A stretch of DNA of 46,707 nt from Alphaproteobacteria bacterium (GTDB lineage: Bacteria; Pseudomonadota; Alphaproteobacteria; UBA8366; CAVOAK01): NCBI GenBank assembly GCA_963693665.1, contig CAVOAK010000003.1, forward strand, positions 1-46,707, in the 5' to 3' direction. The notes under the pieces are model-generated. The model was not told where the DNA came from, did no database searches, and worked only from the letters and a program-made list of their open reading frames with translations. This document shows, piece by piece, positions 20,104-29,526 of the stretch. Each line of letters begins with the position of its first letter. The first letter of the stretch is position 1. Position numbers and translations under genes: made by a program.

Positions 20104-21126
20104 ATGGCTGATCCGCGTTTTTACAAGCTCGCGGGCCCGTTCACCCTGAAAGAAATGTCCGTTTTGACCGGCGCAATACTAAGCGCCGACGCGGATCCAA
20201 AAATTTCTTTCAAGGACGTGGCGCCTTTATCCGCGGCCGGACCAGATGACGTTAGTTTTCTCGATAACAAAAAATACATTGAGGAATTCCGGGTCAGCCG
20301 AGCAGGGGCTTGCATCGTTGAAGAGGGAGTTGTGAAAAACGCTCCAGAAGGCATGATACTACTGATAAGCCCCACGCCCTACCGGGCGTACGCTCTTGCT
20401 GCGCAGGCGTTCTATCCCGAGCCCGCATTTGCACCTTCGATTGCAACATCCGCCTCAATTGATGATACAGCGCACATCCCAGAAGATTGCTTGATAGAGC
20501 CTGGTGTTGTTATTGGAGCACATGTCATCATCGGTACGGGTTGTAGGGTTGGTGCCAATACAACGATCGATGAGGCGGTTACAATTGGCGATAAAACATC
20601 GATCGGTGCCGGTACAAATTTAAGCCATTGCCACATTGGCGCCCGTGTCCTGATCCATCCTGGCGTTTGCATAGGGCAACGGGGATTTGGCTTTGCCATG
20701 GCTGCATCTGGCCATATCAAGGTCCCGCAGCTCGGACGTGTGATTGTCGAAGATGACGTTGAAATTGGTGCAAATTCTACGATTGATAGAGGCAGTGGAC
20801 CCGATACATTTATTGGAGCGGGGAGCATGATCGATAACCTCGTGCAAATCGGGCATAATGTGCAACTTGGTCGTGGTTGCGTCATTATTGCGCAATCTGG
20901 AGTCGCCGGAAGTTCCAAACTCGGAAACTTTGCTGTATTGGCGGCGCAGAGTGGTATCAGCGGCCACCTCGTGATCGGTGAGGGGGCTCAAATAGCTGGA
21001 AAGACTGGTGTGATGCGTGATGTGGGTCCAGGCGAGAAAGTTGCCGGCATTCCCGCCGTACCAATCAAAGAACATTTCAGACAAGTTGCAATTCTAAGAC
21101 GCCTCGCTAATAAAAAAGCTGAATAA
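20104..21126 (+). CDS. lpxD: UDP-3-O-acylglucosamine N-acyltransferase
   Basis: Hexapeptide repeats, [24 protein letters not shown]. Confidence 0.97.
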   Translation: MADPRFYKLAGPFTLKEMSVLTGAILSADADPKISFKDVAPLSAAGPDDVSFLDNKKYIEEFRVSRAGACIVEEGVVKNAPEGMILLISPTPYRAYALAAQAFYPEPAFAPSIATSASIDDTAHIPEDCLIEPGVVIGAHVIIGTGCRVGANTTIDEAVTIGDKTSIGAGTNLSHCHIGARVLIHPGVCIGQRGFGFAMAASGHIKVPQLGRVIVEDDVEIGANSTIDRGSGPDTFIGAGSMIDNLVQIGHNVQLGRGCVIIAQSGVAGSSKLGNFAVLAAQSGISGHLVIGEGAQIAGKTGVMRDVGPGEKVAGIPAVPIKEHFRQVAILRRLANKKAE

Positions 21127-21127
21127 C

Positions 21128-21595
21128 ATGACCCAAGAGATAGAGTTGACCACAGGAATAACGTGTGAAATTGACGATGTTTTACGAATGATTCCGCATC
21201 GTTTTCCGTTTCTCATGATCGACAAGGTTATCAATATCGTCTCAGGTGAAAGCGCGACGGGTATCAAGGCAGTTACTATCGCAGAGCCGCATTTTCAGGG
21301 ACATTTCCCTTCGCGTCCAATTATGCCCGGTGTCCTTATTATCGAAGCGATGGCGCAAACTTCCGCGGTGTTGGTCATCCAATCGCTCGGCGTTCAATCG
21401 GACGGCAAACTTGTGTATTTCATGTCGATCGACAATGCCCGATTCAGAAAGCCTGTCGTGCCAGGCGATACCCTAAAAATTCATGTTCAAAAGAAACGAG
21501 GTCGAGGTACGGTATGGAAATTCTCGAGCGAAGCCGAAGTCAACGGACATACTGTTGCAGAAGCAACTTACTCAGCAATGATTGTTGACAAATGA
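21128..21595 (+). CDS. fabZ: 3-hydroxyacyl-ACP dehydratase
   Basis: PHRFPFLMID, FQGHFP..P.MPGVLI.EAMAQ, FRKPV.PGD. Confidence 0.97.
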   Translation: MTQEIELTTGITCEIDDVLRMIPHRFPFLMIDKVINIVSGESATGIKAVTIAEPHFQGHFPSRPIMPGVLIIEAMAQTSAVLVIQSLGVQSDGKLVYFMSIDNARFRKPVVPGDTLKIHVQKKRGRGTVWKFSSEAEVNGHTVAEATYSAMIVDK

Positions 21596-22389
21596 CAGCG
21601 AGAATACACCCAACTGCGGTTATTGGCGAAGGTGCAACACTCGGTCGCGATGTGTCGATCGGTCCGTACTGCATTGTTGGTGATGACGTCAGCCTCGGTG
21701 ATGAAGTCGTTTTGAGGTCCCATGTGGTGGTCGATGGTTTTACCGAAATCGGGGCAAATACAGAAATTTATCCATTTGCATCGATTGGCCTGCCACCACA
21801 GGACATGAAATTTCAAGGCGAAGCATCGCGTCTCGTAATTGGCGAAAGAACCATTGTCCGGGAATACGTCACCATGAACCCCGGAACCGAGGGCGGTGGA
21901 TTGTTAACCATGGTTGGCAATGATTGTTTAATTATGATCGGGGCTCACGTCGCTCACGATTGCAAGATCGGTAATTTTGTCATTTTAGTTAACAACGCAA
22001 CGTTGGGTGGGCATGTCGAAATCGGTGACTACGCTATCATCGGTGGGCTTGCCGCCGTACATCAATTTGTCAGAATTGGGCCACACGCAATGGTCGGTGG
22101 CATGTCCGGCATCGAAAACGATGTCATTCCGTATGGCTCAACGATCGGCGATCGAGCCCGTTTATCCGGGCTGAATGTCGTTGGATTAAGGCGCCGTAAA
22201 TTCTCCAAAGAGGGTATCCATCAATTGCGCGCCGCCTATCGGATACTCTTTGCAGAGGAAGGCACGTTGAACGAACGTATTGAAGACGTCGCAGGCATGT
22301 TTGCAGACCACGCCGCTGTTATGGATATCGTCGAATTCATGCGGGTGGAATCGCAACGCGGCCTTACCCAACCAAAATCGGACAAATGA
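21592..22389 (+). CDS. lpxA: UDP-N-acetylglucosamine O-acyltransferase
   Basis: IHPTA, hexapeptide repeats, PQD.K, HVAHDC, VHQFVRIG, GLN.VGLRRR. Confidence 0.97.
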   Translation: MTARIHPTAVIGEGATLGRDVSIGPYCIVGDDVSLGDEVVLRSHVVVDGFTEIGANTEIYPFASIGLPPQDMKFQGEASRLVIGERTIVREYVTMNPGTEGGGLLTMVGNDCLIMIGAHVAHDCKIGNFVILVNNATLGGHVEIGDYAIIGGLAAVHQFVRIGPHAMVGGMSGIENDVIPYGSTIGDRARLSGLNVVGLRRRKFSKEGIHQLRAAYRILFAEEGTLNERIEDVAGMFADHAAVMDIVEFMRVESQRGLTQPKSDK

Positions 22390-23207
22390 CCGGCAAACTC
22401 GGCATTCTCGCTGGTGGCGGAAGTTTGCCAAGCTTAATTATTGAGGCCTGCAGACAGAGCGGTCGAGATCTGTTTGTCGTTGCGTTTGAGAACCAAGCTG
22501 ATGTTGATCTCGTTGCCGACGTTCCCCACGCCTGGGTGAGACTCGGCGCTGCTGGTAAAACGCTTAAATTGTTGAAGGACGCTTCTGTTAAAGAGTTGAT
22601 CTTCGCTGGCCGCATTGCGCGGCCGACGATGGCCGCGCTTCGTCCCGATGCAAAGGCACTGGAATTTTTTGCGAAAATGGGCACGAAGGTATTCGGTGAT
22701 GACGGTCTCCTGCGCGCATTGGCAGAAACGCTTGAAGCGGAAGGTTTTGTGGTGACTAGCCCAACCGCGATACTCGGTGATCTACAGGTTGCGAAGGGAA
22801 CATTAGGCGATGTCGGTCCTGACAACAGCGCCAGAGTGGATATCTCACGGGGCATAGACGTCTTAAATGCATTGTCACCAGTTGATGTCGGGCAGGCCAC
22901 CGCTGTGCAAGAAGGGCTTGTATTGGGCATTGAGGCAGTGGAAGGTACAGATGCATTGATCGAAAGGTGCGCACTATTGAAGCGCGATGGACCAGGTCCC
23001 GTACTCGTGAAGATCCGAAAGCTCGGACAAGACTCACGTATCGATTTACCGACGATCGGTCATGCGACAATAAGACGGGTACGCGATGCAGGCTTTCGTG
23101 GAATTGCGATCGAAGCCAATGCCGCTTTGGTCCTGGAACGAGAACACGTAATAGCAACTGCCAATGAAGCAGGATTGTTCGTTATTGCCGTTACCGTTGA
23201 AAATTGA
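22386..23207 (+). CDS. lpxI: UDP-2,3-diacylglucosamine diphosphatase LpxI
   Basis: LGILAGGG.LP, GDD.LL, DVGQA, EA.EGTD, QD.RIDLPTIG; lies between lpxA and lpxB. Confidence 0.93.
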   Translation: MTGKLGILAGGGSLPSLIIEACRQSGRDLFVVAFENQADVDLVADVPHAWVRLGAAGKTLKLLKDASVKELIFAGRIARPTMAALRPDAKALEFFAKMGTKVFGDDGLLRALAETLEAEGFVVTSPTAILGDLQVAKGTLGDVGPDNSARVDISRGIDVLNALSPVDVGQATAVQEGLVLGIEAVEGTDALIERCALLKRDGPGPVLVKIRKLGQDSRIDLPTIGHATIRRVRDAGFRGIAIEANAALVLEREHVIATANEAGLFVIAVTVEN

Positions 23208-24406
23208 CTGAAACACCGCTCTATTTTCTCGTTGCTGGCGAACCATCAGGGGACATGCTCGGCGCTCGATTGATGGCTGCACTCCGTATTCTAACCGATG
23301 GGACAGTTCGATTTTCTGGTGTCGGTGGCCCAGCGATGGAAGCAGAAGGTCTCGCTAGTATTTTCCCCATGGAGGAATTGTCGGTCATGGGGGTATTCGA
23401 GATTCTGCCCCATACGGTGCGACTTTTTCGCCGGATGCGTGAAACCGCAGGCGAAATCGACGAATTAAAACCAACTGCAATATTAACGATCGATGCACCC
23501 GCATTTGCTCATGGGGTCGTAAAGCGTGTGCGCAACCGTTCGATTCCCCGCGTTCATTATGTTGCGCCAACAGTTTGGGCCTGGCGGCCATGGAGAGTTC
23601 GAAAATTTAAGCGGCATTTTCACCATTTGCTTGCCTTACTGCCGTTCGAACCACCTTTTTTCACAAGCGTTGGGCTTCCATGCACTTTTGTCGGGCATCC
23701 GGTCACGGAGTCGGGCGCTGACAAAGGTAATGGTACAAATTTTCGCAAGAAACATGGCATTGAGCCAGGCACGCCGGTTCTTTGTGCGTTGCTCGGCAGC
23801 CGCCGTGGCGAGGTCCGGCAACTCGCTACGGTATTTGGCGAGGCGCTGACGCAATTGAAGAAACACTATCCCAACCTAGTCGTAATCCTTCCGACAGTTG
23901 CGACGCTTTCTAATTTGATACGTGAAATTTCGTCGTCATGGGCTGTGCCGACAGTTGTTGTCACTGAATCTGAAGAGAAATTCGACACAATGGCGGCGAG
24001 CAATGCCGCAATTGCAGCGTCTGGAACAGTGTCATTAGAACTCGCAATGGCTCGCGTACCTGCTGTCATCACCTATCGGCTACCGTGGTTGACTTATTTC
24101 GTTGTGAAGGGGATGTCGCTGGTCAAATTCGCGACGTTGATTAATATTATCTTAGATCGTGAGGTTGTCCCTGAACTGCTGCAGGGAAACTGCACCGCGG
24201 CGCAAATATACGATTCTGTGTCATACATCCTGGAAACAGGAGGTGAGGATCAGATCGCTGCATCTGGCGAAGCCCTAAAACGAATTGGTATGGGCGGAGA
24301 ACAGCCGAGCATCCGCGCAGCACGAATGTTATTGAGTATTGTTGCCGAAAGGCCAAGTAGCGCCGCTAACGTTGGCCGAACAGATGATGGGGAGCATGTG
24401 TCATGA
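23204..24406 (+). CDS. lpxB: Lipid-A-disaccharide synthase
   Basis: AGEPSGD.LGA, YVAP.VWAWR, LPFE, FVGHP, GSR..E, SGT.SLE. Confidence 0.96.
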   Translation: MTETPLYFLVAGEPSGDMLGARLMAALRILTDGTVRFSGVGGPAMEAEGLASIFPMEELSVMGVFEILPHTVRLFRRMRETAGEIDELKPTAILTIDAPAFAHGVVKRVRNRSIPRVHYVAPTVWAWRPWRVRKFKRHFHHLLALLPFEPPFFTSVGLPCTFVGHPVTESGADKGNGTNFRKKHGIEPGTPVLCALLGSRRGEVRQLATVFGEALTQLKKHYPNLVVILPTVATLSNLIREISSSWAVPTVVVTESEEKFDTMAASNAAIAASGTVSLELAMARVPAVITYRLPWLTYFVVKGMSLVKFATLINIILDREVVPELLQGNCTAAQIYDSVSYILETGGEDQIAASGEALKRIGMGGEQPSIRAARMLLSIVAERPSSAANVGRTDDGEHVS

Positions 24407-24837
24407 GCGATCAAACCAAGGAAAAACCCACTGCGGTAGACAGTAGTAAATTCAGGTTCCTACACACCATGATTCGAGTCAGAGATCTAGATAAATCGAT
24501 CGATTTCTACACGCGCCTTCTCGGCATGAAACTATTAAGAAAAACGAACTTTCCAACGGGAGAGTTTACTTTGGCCTTTGTTGGGTACGGAGATGAAACC
24601 TCTGACACAGTGATCGAATTGACTCATAACTGGGATCAGCAAGAAGCTTACGATCAGGGAAATGCGTTTGGGCATCTTGCGATCGGCGTCCCCGACATTT
24701 ATGGCACCTGCGAGCGCTTGAACGCAGAAGAAGTAAAGATACCAAGGCCGCCAGGGCCAATGAAGCACGGCGGAGCGACAATTGCTTTTGTCGACGATCC
24801 TGACGGCTACAAGATCGAGTTGATCGAACGAAGCTGA
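24403..24837 (+). CDS. gloA: Lactoylglutathione lyase (glyoxalase I)
   Basis: LHTMIRV.DL..S..FYT, ELTHNW, FGHLAI, DPDGYKIELI. Confidence 0.95.
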   Translation: MSDQTKEKPTAVDSSKFRFLHTMIRVRDLDKSIDFYTRLLGMKLLRKTNFPTGEFTLAFVGYGDETSDTVIELTHNWDQQEAYDQGNAFGHLAIGVPDIYGTCERLNAEEVKIPRPPGPMKHGGATIAFVDDPDGYKIELIERS

Positions 24838-24853
24838 ATGGGAATTGCAGATG

Positions 24854-24901
24854 CTCGTTAGACCTAATCGGCAGGTTTTATCTACTCATAGGTCGAACGA
24901 G
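24854..24901. terminator. Inverted repeat between convergent gloA and gltA (possible bidirectional terminator)
   Basis: CTCGTTAGACCTA (24854-24866) and TAGGTCGAACGAG (24889-24901) are 12/13 complementary with a 22-nt loop; no strong U tract. Confidence 0.45.
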
Positions 24902-24936
24902 TTTATGCCGAATGTCCCCTATAGCTGCGAAGAACG

Positions 24937-26277
24937 CTATTTACGTGCACTTATCGGCACATATTTGCGTTGCTTACTGCCCGTATAGAGTTGGCGTGGG
25001 CGTCCAATTCGCTGCGTTGGATCCTCGATCATCTCTTTCCATTGAGAAATCCAACCTGCGGTCCGTGCGACCGCAAAGAGGACGGTAAACATGCTCGTCG
25101 GGAAGCCAATCGCACGCAAGATTATGCCCGAATAGAAATCGACGTTGGGAAACAGCTTGCGCTTGATGAAATACGGATCGGAAAGAGCAATTTTCTCAAG
25201 TTCCATAGCAAGCTCTAACAGCGGTTCCTTCGTCACCCCAAGCACTTTCAAGACATCGTGGCAGGATTTTCGGAGAACTGCCGCCCGCGGGTCGTAATTT
25301 TTGTAGACCCGATGGCCAAACCCCATCAAACGGAATGGATCGTCCCGATCCTTCGCGCGCTTAATAAATTCAGGGATATTTTTCTTGTGACCAATCTCAT
25401 GAAGCATGGCGAACACTGCTTCGTTGGCGCCACCATGAGCGGGTCCCCAGAGCGAGGCGATACCGGCGGCCGTGCAGGCGAAGGGATTAGCGCCTGTGGA
25501 TCCAGCCAAGCGGACCGTGGATGTTGATGCGTTCTGTTCATGATCAGCATGGAGGACAAAGATGCGATCCATTGCGCGTGCGACGACTGGGCTGATTTTA
25601 TAGTCTTCAGTCGGCATCGAGAACATCATGTGTAAGAAATTTTCGGCGTAGTTCAGATCGTTGCGCGGAAAGACAAAGGGCTGACCGAGCGTATATTTGT
25701 ACGCCATTGCTGCAATCGTCGGCATCTTGGCAATCAAACGGTGGGAAGCTATTTCCCGCTGCCTTGGGTCCGTAATATCGGTGGAATCGTGGTAGAAGGC
25801 CGAAAGGGCTCCGACAACACCAACCATGATGGCCATGGGATGCGCGTCGCGACGGAATCCTCGATAGAGGTAGAGCAACTGCTCATGCAGCATGGTGTGC
25901 CGGGTAATTGTGCCAACAAAATCAGCTAATTCCGCCTTCTTCGGTAATTTGCCGTTATGCAGAAGGTAGCAAACTTCCAAAAATGAGCTCCGTTCCGCCA
26001 ACTCTTCGATGGTGTAACCGCCATAGAGAAGCACACCTTTATCGCCGTCGATGTATGTAATCTCGGATTCGCATGAGGCAGTCGAGGTAAAGCCGGGGTC
26101 ATAAGTGAAATAACCGGTCTGGGCGTAGAGTGCGCGGATATCGATTACTTTTGGGCCGACGGATCCGCTGATCAGATCGTATTCAAATGTCTTGCCCGAG
26201 CGGTTATCCGTTAGAGTTACCGAATTCCGCTTTGCAACTTTCTTTGTCTTTGCCGCAGCAGTCGTTTTCCGAGACAT
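24937..26277 (-). CDS. gltA: Citrate synthase (type II, Gram-negative)
   Basis: [53 protein letters not shown]. Confidence 0.98.
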   Translation of the reverse strand: MSRKTTAAAKTKKVAKRNSVTLTDNRSGKTFEYDLISGSVGPKVIDIRALYAQTGYFTYDPGFTSTASCESEITYIDGDKGVLLYGGYTIEELAERSSFLEVCYLLHNGKLPKKAELADFVGTITRHTMLHEQLLYLYRGFRRDAHPMAIMVGVVGALSAFYHDSTDITDPRQREIASHRLIAKMPTIAAMAYKYTLGQPFVFPRNDLNYAENFLHMMFSMPTEDYKISPVVARAMDRIFVLHADHEQNASTSTVRLAGSTGANPFACTAAGIASLWGPAHGGANEAVFAMLHEIGHKKNIPEFIKRAKDRDDPFRLMGFGHRVYKNYDPRAAVLRKSCHDVLKVLGVTKEPLLELAMELEKIALSDPYFIKRKLFPNVDFYSGIILRAIGFPTSMFTVLFAVARTAGWISQWKEMIEDPTQRIGRPRQLYTGSKQRKYVPISARK

Positions 26278-26413
26278 GTAAATTCTCCCGACAAATAAAA
26301 TTATTATTTAATCTATTATAGATAAAAACTTAACGTCATTGCGCCAGGAAGGCCGTTTCTACCAATGACAGTATAGTCACGGCGCCTAACAATTCGCAAA
26401 CCAGAGGTACTTC

Positions 26414-27826
26414 TTAGTTAGTGCGCTCCGCTGCACGATCAATCCGCGTTAACGTCTCGTTGCGCCCGAGAATTTCGATCACCTCGAATATTCCGGGTGA
26501 GACATTCATGCCCGTAACCGCGGCCCGCATGGGCTGGGCGATTTTTCCGAGACCAATATCCATATCTTCAGCGAGTGAGCGTAGTTTTTCTTCGAGTGAA
26601 CTTGACGACCAGTCCTCTACCGTCGCCAGCGTTTCTTTGGCCCTCAATAAAAGACTAGAAGTCTCTTCGTTGAGCAACTTAGCTGCCTTCGCATCCGTCA
26701 ACGGATATCGTGGAGGTTCGACATAAAATCGAGAATTTTCGACCAATTCTTTTACGGTTCGAGCCCTCTTCTTGAGCTCAGTTAGCCCCTTGGCAACACG
26801 GTGCCGCCCGTCATCTGAAATCTCGCCATCGAGTTGGGCTGTGAGCTGCTCGAACACTGTATCAAGCAGGGCCGCATCCGGTGTTTCGCGTAGATATTGG
26901 GTGTTGAGATTGTCGAGCTTGGCCATGTCGAGCCGAGCTGGAGATTGGCCAATACCGTCAAAATCAAACCATTCTATGGCCTGTTCACGACTGATGATTT
27001 CGTCGTCTCCGTGGCCCCAACCGAGCCTTAGGAGGTAGTTGACCAACGCATCAGGCAGGTAACCCATCTCGCGGAATTCGGCAACGCCGGTCGCCCCATG
27101 ACGCTTGGATAGTTTGGCACCATCGGCACCGTGAATAAGCGAAATATGAGCGAAAACAGGAATGGTCCAATCCATTGCAGAATAGAGTTGGGACTGGCGC
27201 GCAGCATTGGTCAGGTGATCGTCTCCACGGATGATGTGGGTGATGCCCTCGTCGTGGTCGTCCACAACCACAGACAGCATATAGGTTGGCGTTCCATCGG
27301 CTCGTAGAAGGATCATGTCGTCCAGCTGGTCGTTGGCCACGCGGACCTGGCCCTGCACCTGGTCGTCAATTATCGTTTCGCCCTGTTGAGGGGCCTTCAG
27401 GCGGACAACGGGCATAACGCCGGTTGGCGCATCAACGGGATCGCGGTCACGCCAGCGTCCGTCATAGCGGACCGTGCGGCGCTCGGCCCGCGCGCGTTCC
27501 CGCATTTCGGTGAGTTCATCCGGGCTGGCATAGCAGTGATACGCCTGACCGTTTTGCAGCAGCACATGCGCTACTTCCGCATGCCGTTCGAGCTGTTTGG
27601 ACTGATAGAAAACATCTCCATCCCAAACCAAACCGAGCCATTCCAGGCCCTCAAGGATTGCCGTGAGCGCCTCAGGTGTCGAGCGCTTCCTGTCGGTATC
27701 TTCAATCCGCAGAAGATAGCGACCGCCGTGGTGGCGCGCGTAAAGCCAGTTGAACAAGGCGGTACGGGCGCTGCCTAAATGCAGCATTCCGGTCGGCGAG
27801 GGGGCGAAGCGGGTTACGACAGTCAC
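26414..27826 (-). CDS. gltX: Glutamate--tRNA ligase
   Basis: TRFAPSPTG, HLGS (HIGH-type), LRIEDTD, IRGDDH, KLSKR (KMSKS-type). Confidence 0.97.
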   Translation of the reverse strand: MTVVTRFAPSPTGMLHLGSARTALFNWLYARHHGGRYLLRIEDTDRKRSTPEALTAILEGLEWLGLVWDGDVFYQSKQLERHAEVAHVLLQNGQAYHCYASPDELTEMRERARAERRTVRYDGRWRDRDPVDAPTGVMPVVRLKAPQQGETIIDDQVQGQVRVANDQLDDMILLRADGTPTYMLSVVVDDHDEGITHIIRGDDHLTNAARQSQLYSAMDWTIPVFAHISLIHGADGAKLSKRHGATGVAEFREMGYLPDALVNYLLRLGWGHGDDEIISREQAIEWFDFDGIGQSPARLDMAKLDNLNTQYLRETPDAALLDTVFEQLTAQLDGEISDDGRHRVAKGLTELKKRARTVKELVENSRFYVEPPRYPLTDAKAAKLLNEETSSLLLRAKETLATVEDWSSSSLEEKLRSLAEDMDIGLGKIAQPMRAAVTGMNVSPGIFEVIEILGRNETLTRIDRAAERTN

Positions 27827-28198
27827 TGGGATTAATACTCACTATATTCGAATTCATGGGTGCGCGGTATATCACAGGCAGGCCACATCGGTCACCAGAC
27901 TTCGGAAAACCCTTCCTCACCTGCGCGTATTAGCGCACTGTTGGTTACATGGATGTCCATTCGGATGGACATGAGGTAAATCGGGAGAGCTGCCGGCGCA
28001 AAGTACGTTGTGTACAGGGGCTATTACCGTCGCATATCCTGCGGGCAAATTGGTGGCGGACTGTGATAACGACAAGCTGTTAATCCGTCAGAGTTAGGAA
28101 TTTTTCTGGCGACTGTTTCGCCGCAGATATTCAAAAATCGCGATTAACGCACCGAACGCCATAGTAATCGCGAAAATTATTCCAGCAATATCCCTAGC

Positions 28199-28276
28199 AT
28201 CAAGACAGTAGCCGGAGTTCGCGGAATTAGGCCATGGTCACCGGCCAGAACGACGAGCGGGCAATCTACGCGCTAG
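28199..28276 (+). pseudogene. comEC: Remnant of the C-terminus of a ComEC/Rec2 competence gene
   Basis: Translates [25 protein letters not shown]; the TV...RG.RPW pattern resembles alphaproteobacterial ComEC C-termini as I recall them; position, strand and stop overlap with lexA match the usual gltX-comEC-lexA arrangement. Confidence 0.55.
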
Positions 28277-28983
28277 TAGCAGCGCAGCAGGCTGACAAGC
28301 CGTCCCTGGACTTTGATTCGGTCAGGACCGAAAATTCGTGTCTCATAGTCGGTATTCGCCGGTTCGAGAGCGATTGAGCCGCCCTTGCGGCGCAATCGCT
28401 TGAGGGTCACTTCCGCATCGTCGATCAAAGCAACGACGATCGAGCCGCTCTCGGCGGCGTCACACCGCTCAAGAATGACTGTATCACCGTCGTAAATTCC
28501 GGCGTCGATCATGGAATCGCCATCAACCTCAAGCGCGTAGTGTTCACCAGGCCCAATCAGGCTGGCTGGTACCTGGACGACGTTCGACTCGTCGCGCAGG
28601 GCCTCAATCGGCGTGCCTGCCGCGATCCGTCCGTACATTGGCAGCGCAATAACGTCATTCGCCACCTCTGCCGATTGGAGTGCCGCTGGCGTGCGTTGCT
28701 GCGGGAAGTCCGTAGGGATGACAGTCGGCGAAAAGCCGGAATGCCTTGGGGCCGACTGTGGTGGCCGGTTGTCGGGAAGGCGGAGCACTTCAAGGGCGCG
28801 GGCGCGATGGGGCAGGCGGCGAATGAATTTTCGCTCCTCAAGGCCCATAATCAATCGATGAATACCCGATTTTGACCGCAAATCGAGCGCATCCTTCATT
28901 TCGTCGAATGAAGGCGATACGCCCGTTTCCGACAAACGCTGATGGATAAACGTCAACAGTTCGTACTGCTTCTTCGTCAACAT
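28273..28983 (-). CDS. lexA: SOS repressor LexA
   Basis: [34 protein letters not shown], cleavage site IAAG.P, catalytic GDSM and TLK; start set at ATG 28983. Confidence 0.97.
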   Translation of the reverse strand: MLTKKQYELLTFIHQRLSETGVSPSFDEMKDALDLRSKSGIHRLIMGLEERKFIRRLPHRARALEVLRLPDNRPPQSAPRHSGFSPTVIPTDFPQQRTPAALQSAEVANDVIALPMYGRIAAGTPIEALRDESNVVQVPASLIGPGEHYALEVDGDSMIDAGIYDGDTVILERCDAAESGSIVVALIDDAEVTLKRLRRKGGSIALEPANTDYETRIFGPDRIKVQGRLVSLLRCY

Positions 28984-29034
28984 CGGCGACACCCCTCATT
29001 GTGTTCCTCTAAATATGAGCAACCACAATATATA

Positions 29035-29049
29035 GAACAAAATACAAAC
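29035..29049. promoter_or_regulatory. LexA box (GAAC-N7-GAAC type, one mismatch)
   Basis: GAAC-AAAATAC-AAAC about 50 nt upstream of lexA. Confidence 0.7.
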
Positions 29050-29059
29050 ATCACCACAT

Positions 29060-29074
29060 GTTCTAGTTTAGTTC
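29060..29074. promoter_or_regulatory. LexA box (perfect alphaproteobacterial GTTC-N7-GTTC)
   Basis: GTTC-TAGTTTA-GTTC upstream of lexA. Confidence 0.88.
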
Positions 29075-29122
29075 TTTTAGAGGGTCAAGCTGGAATTGGC
29101 TAATTCCGGACAAGGATCAATT

Positions 29123-29462
29123 TTACAGTAGAGGCACGTAAACGTATTCGCCAATCCCCTGCAGCACGAGGAAGGTCGTTGAACTCTCCCCTCCATAGGT
29201 GACGAAGTGAGGGCCGCACGCTTCAACGAGGTAAACTTCGCCTGGCCCAAGCAGCACCTCCTCTTTGGGGTCTTGCAGAAAGAGCCGAAGACGCCCCACA
29301 ATGACGTAGAAGGTATTGCTGTGGTAGTGCCAAGGAACGGCTTTGTGTCGGCAAAATTTTGAGTTCACTAACGCGGAAGCCGGGGCGTTCTAGATGATAA
29401 GCGCTGTATTCAACCTCATAGAGATGGCTTGCGTCCTTCAAAGGTTCCGTCGTCTTATTCAT
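29123..29462 (-). pseudogene. Frameshifted cupin-domain protein
   Basis: ORF from 29462 reads MNKTT...ERPGFRVSELKILPTQ; one extra A near 29343 separates it from AVPWHYHSNTFYVIVGRLRL...GPGE...PH.VT..G...TFLVLQGIGEY in another frame, which has cupin motifs 1 and 2. Confidence 0.8.
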
Positions 29463-29526
29463 TTACTTTAGCTCCACACCAAACGCATCAAAATGGAGGT
29501 TGCGGTCCAAATTCAGCGCAGGGAGT

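Noticed and set aside
29077-29301. 74-aa minus-strand ORF upstream of lexA
   Set aside because: Alternative frame of the cupin pseudogene with no independent features.
29330-29350. Programmed frameshift in the cupin gene
   Set aside because: Only a 3-A run with no slippery heptamer or evident stimulator; the second lesion points to decay.
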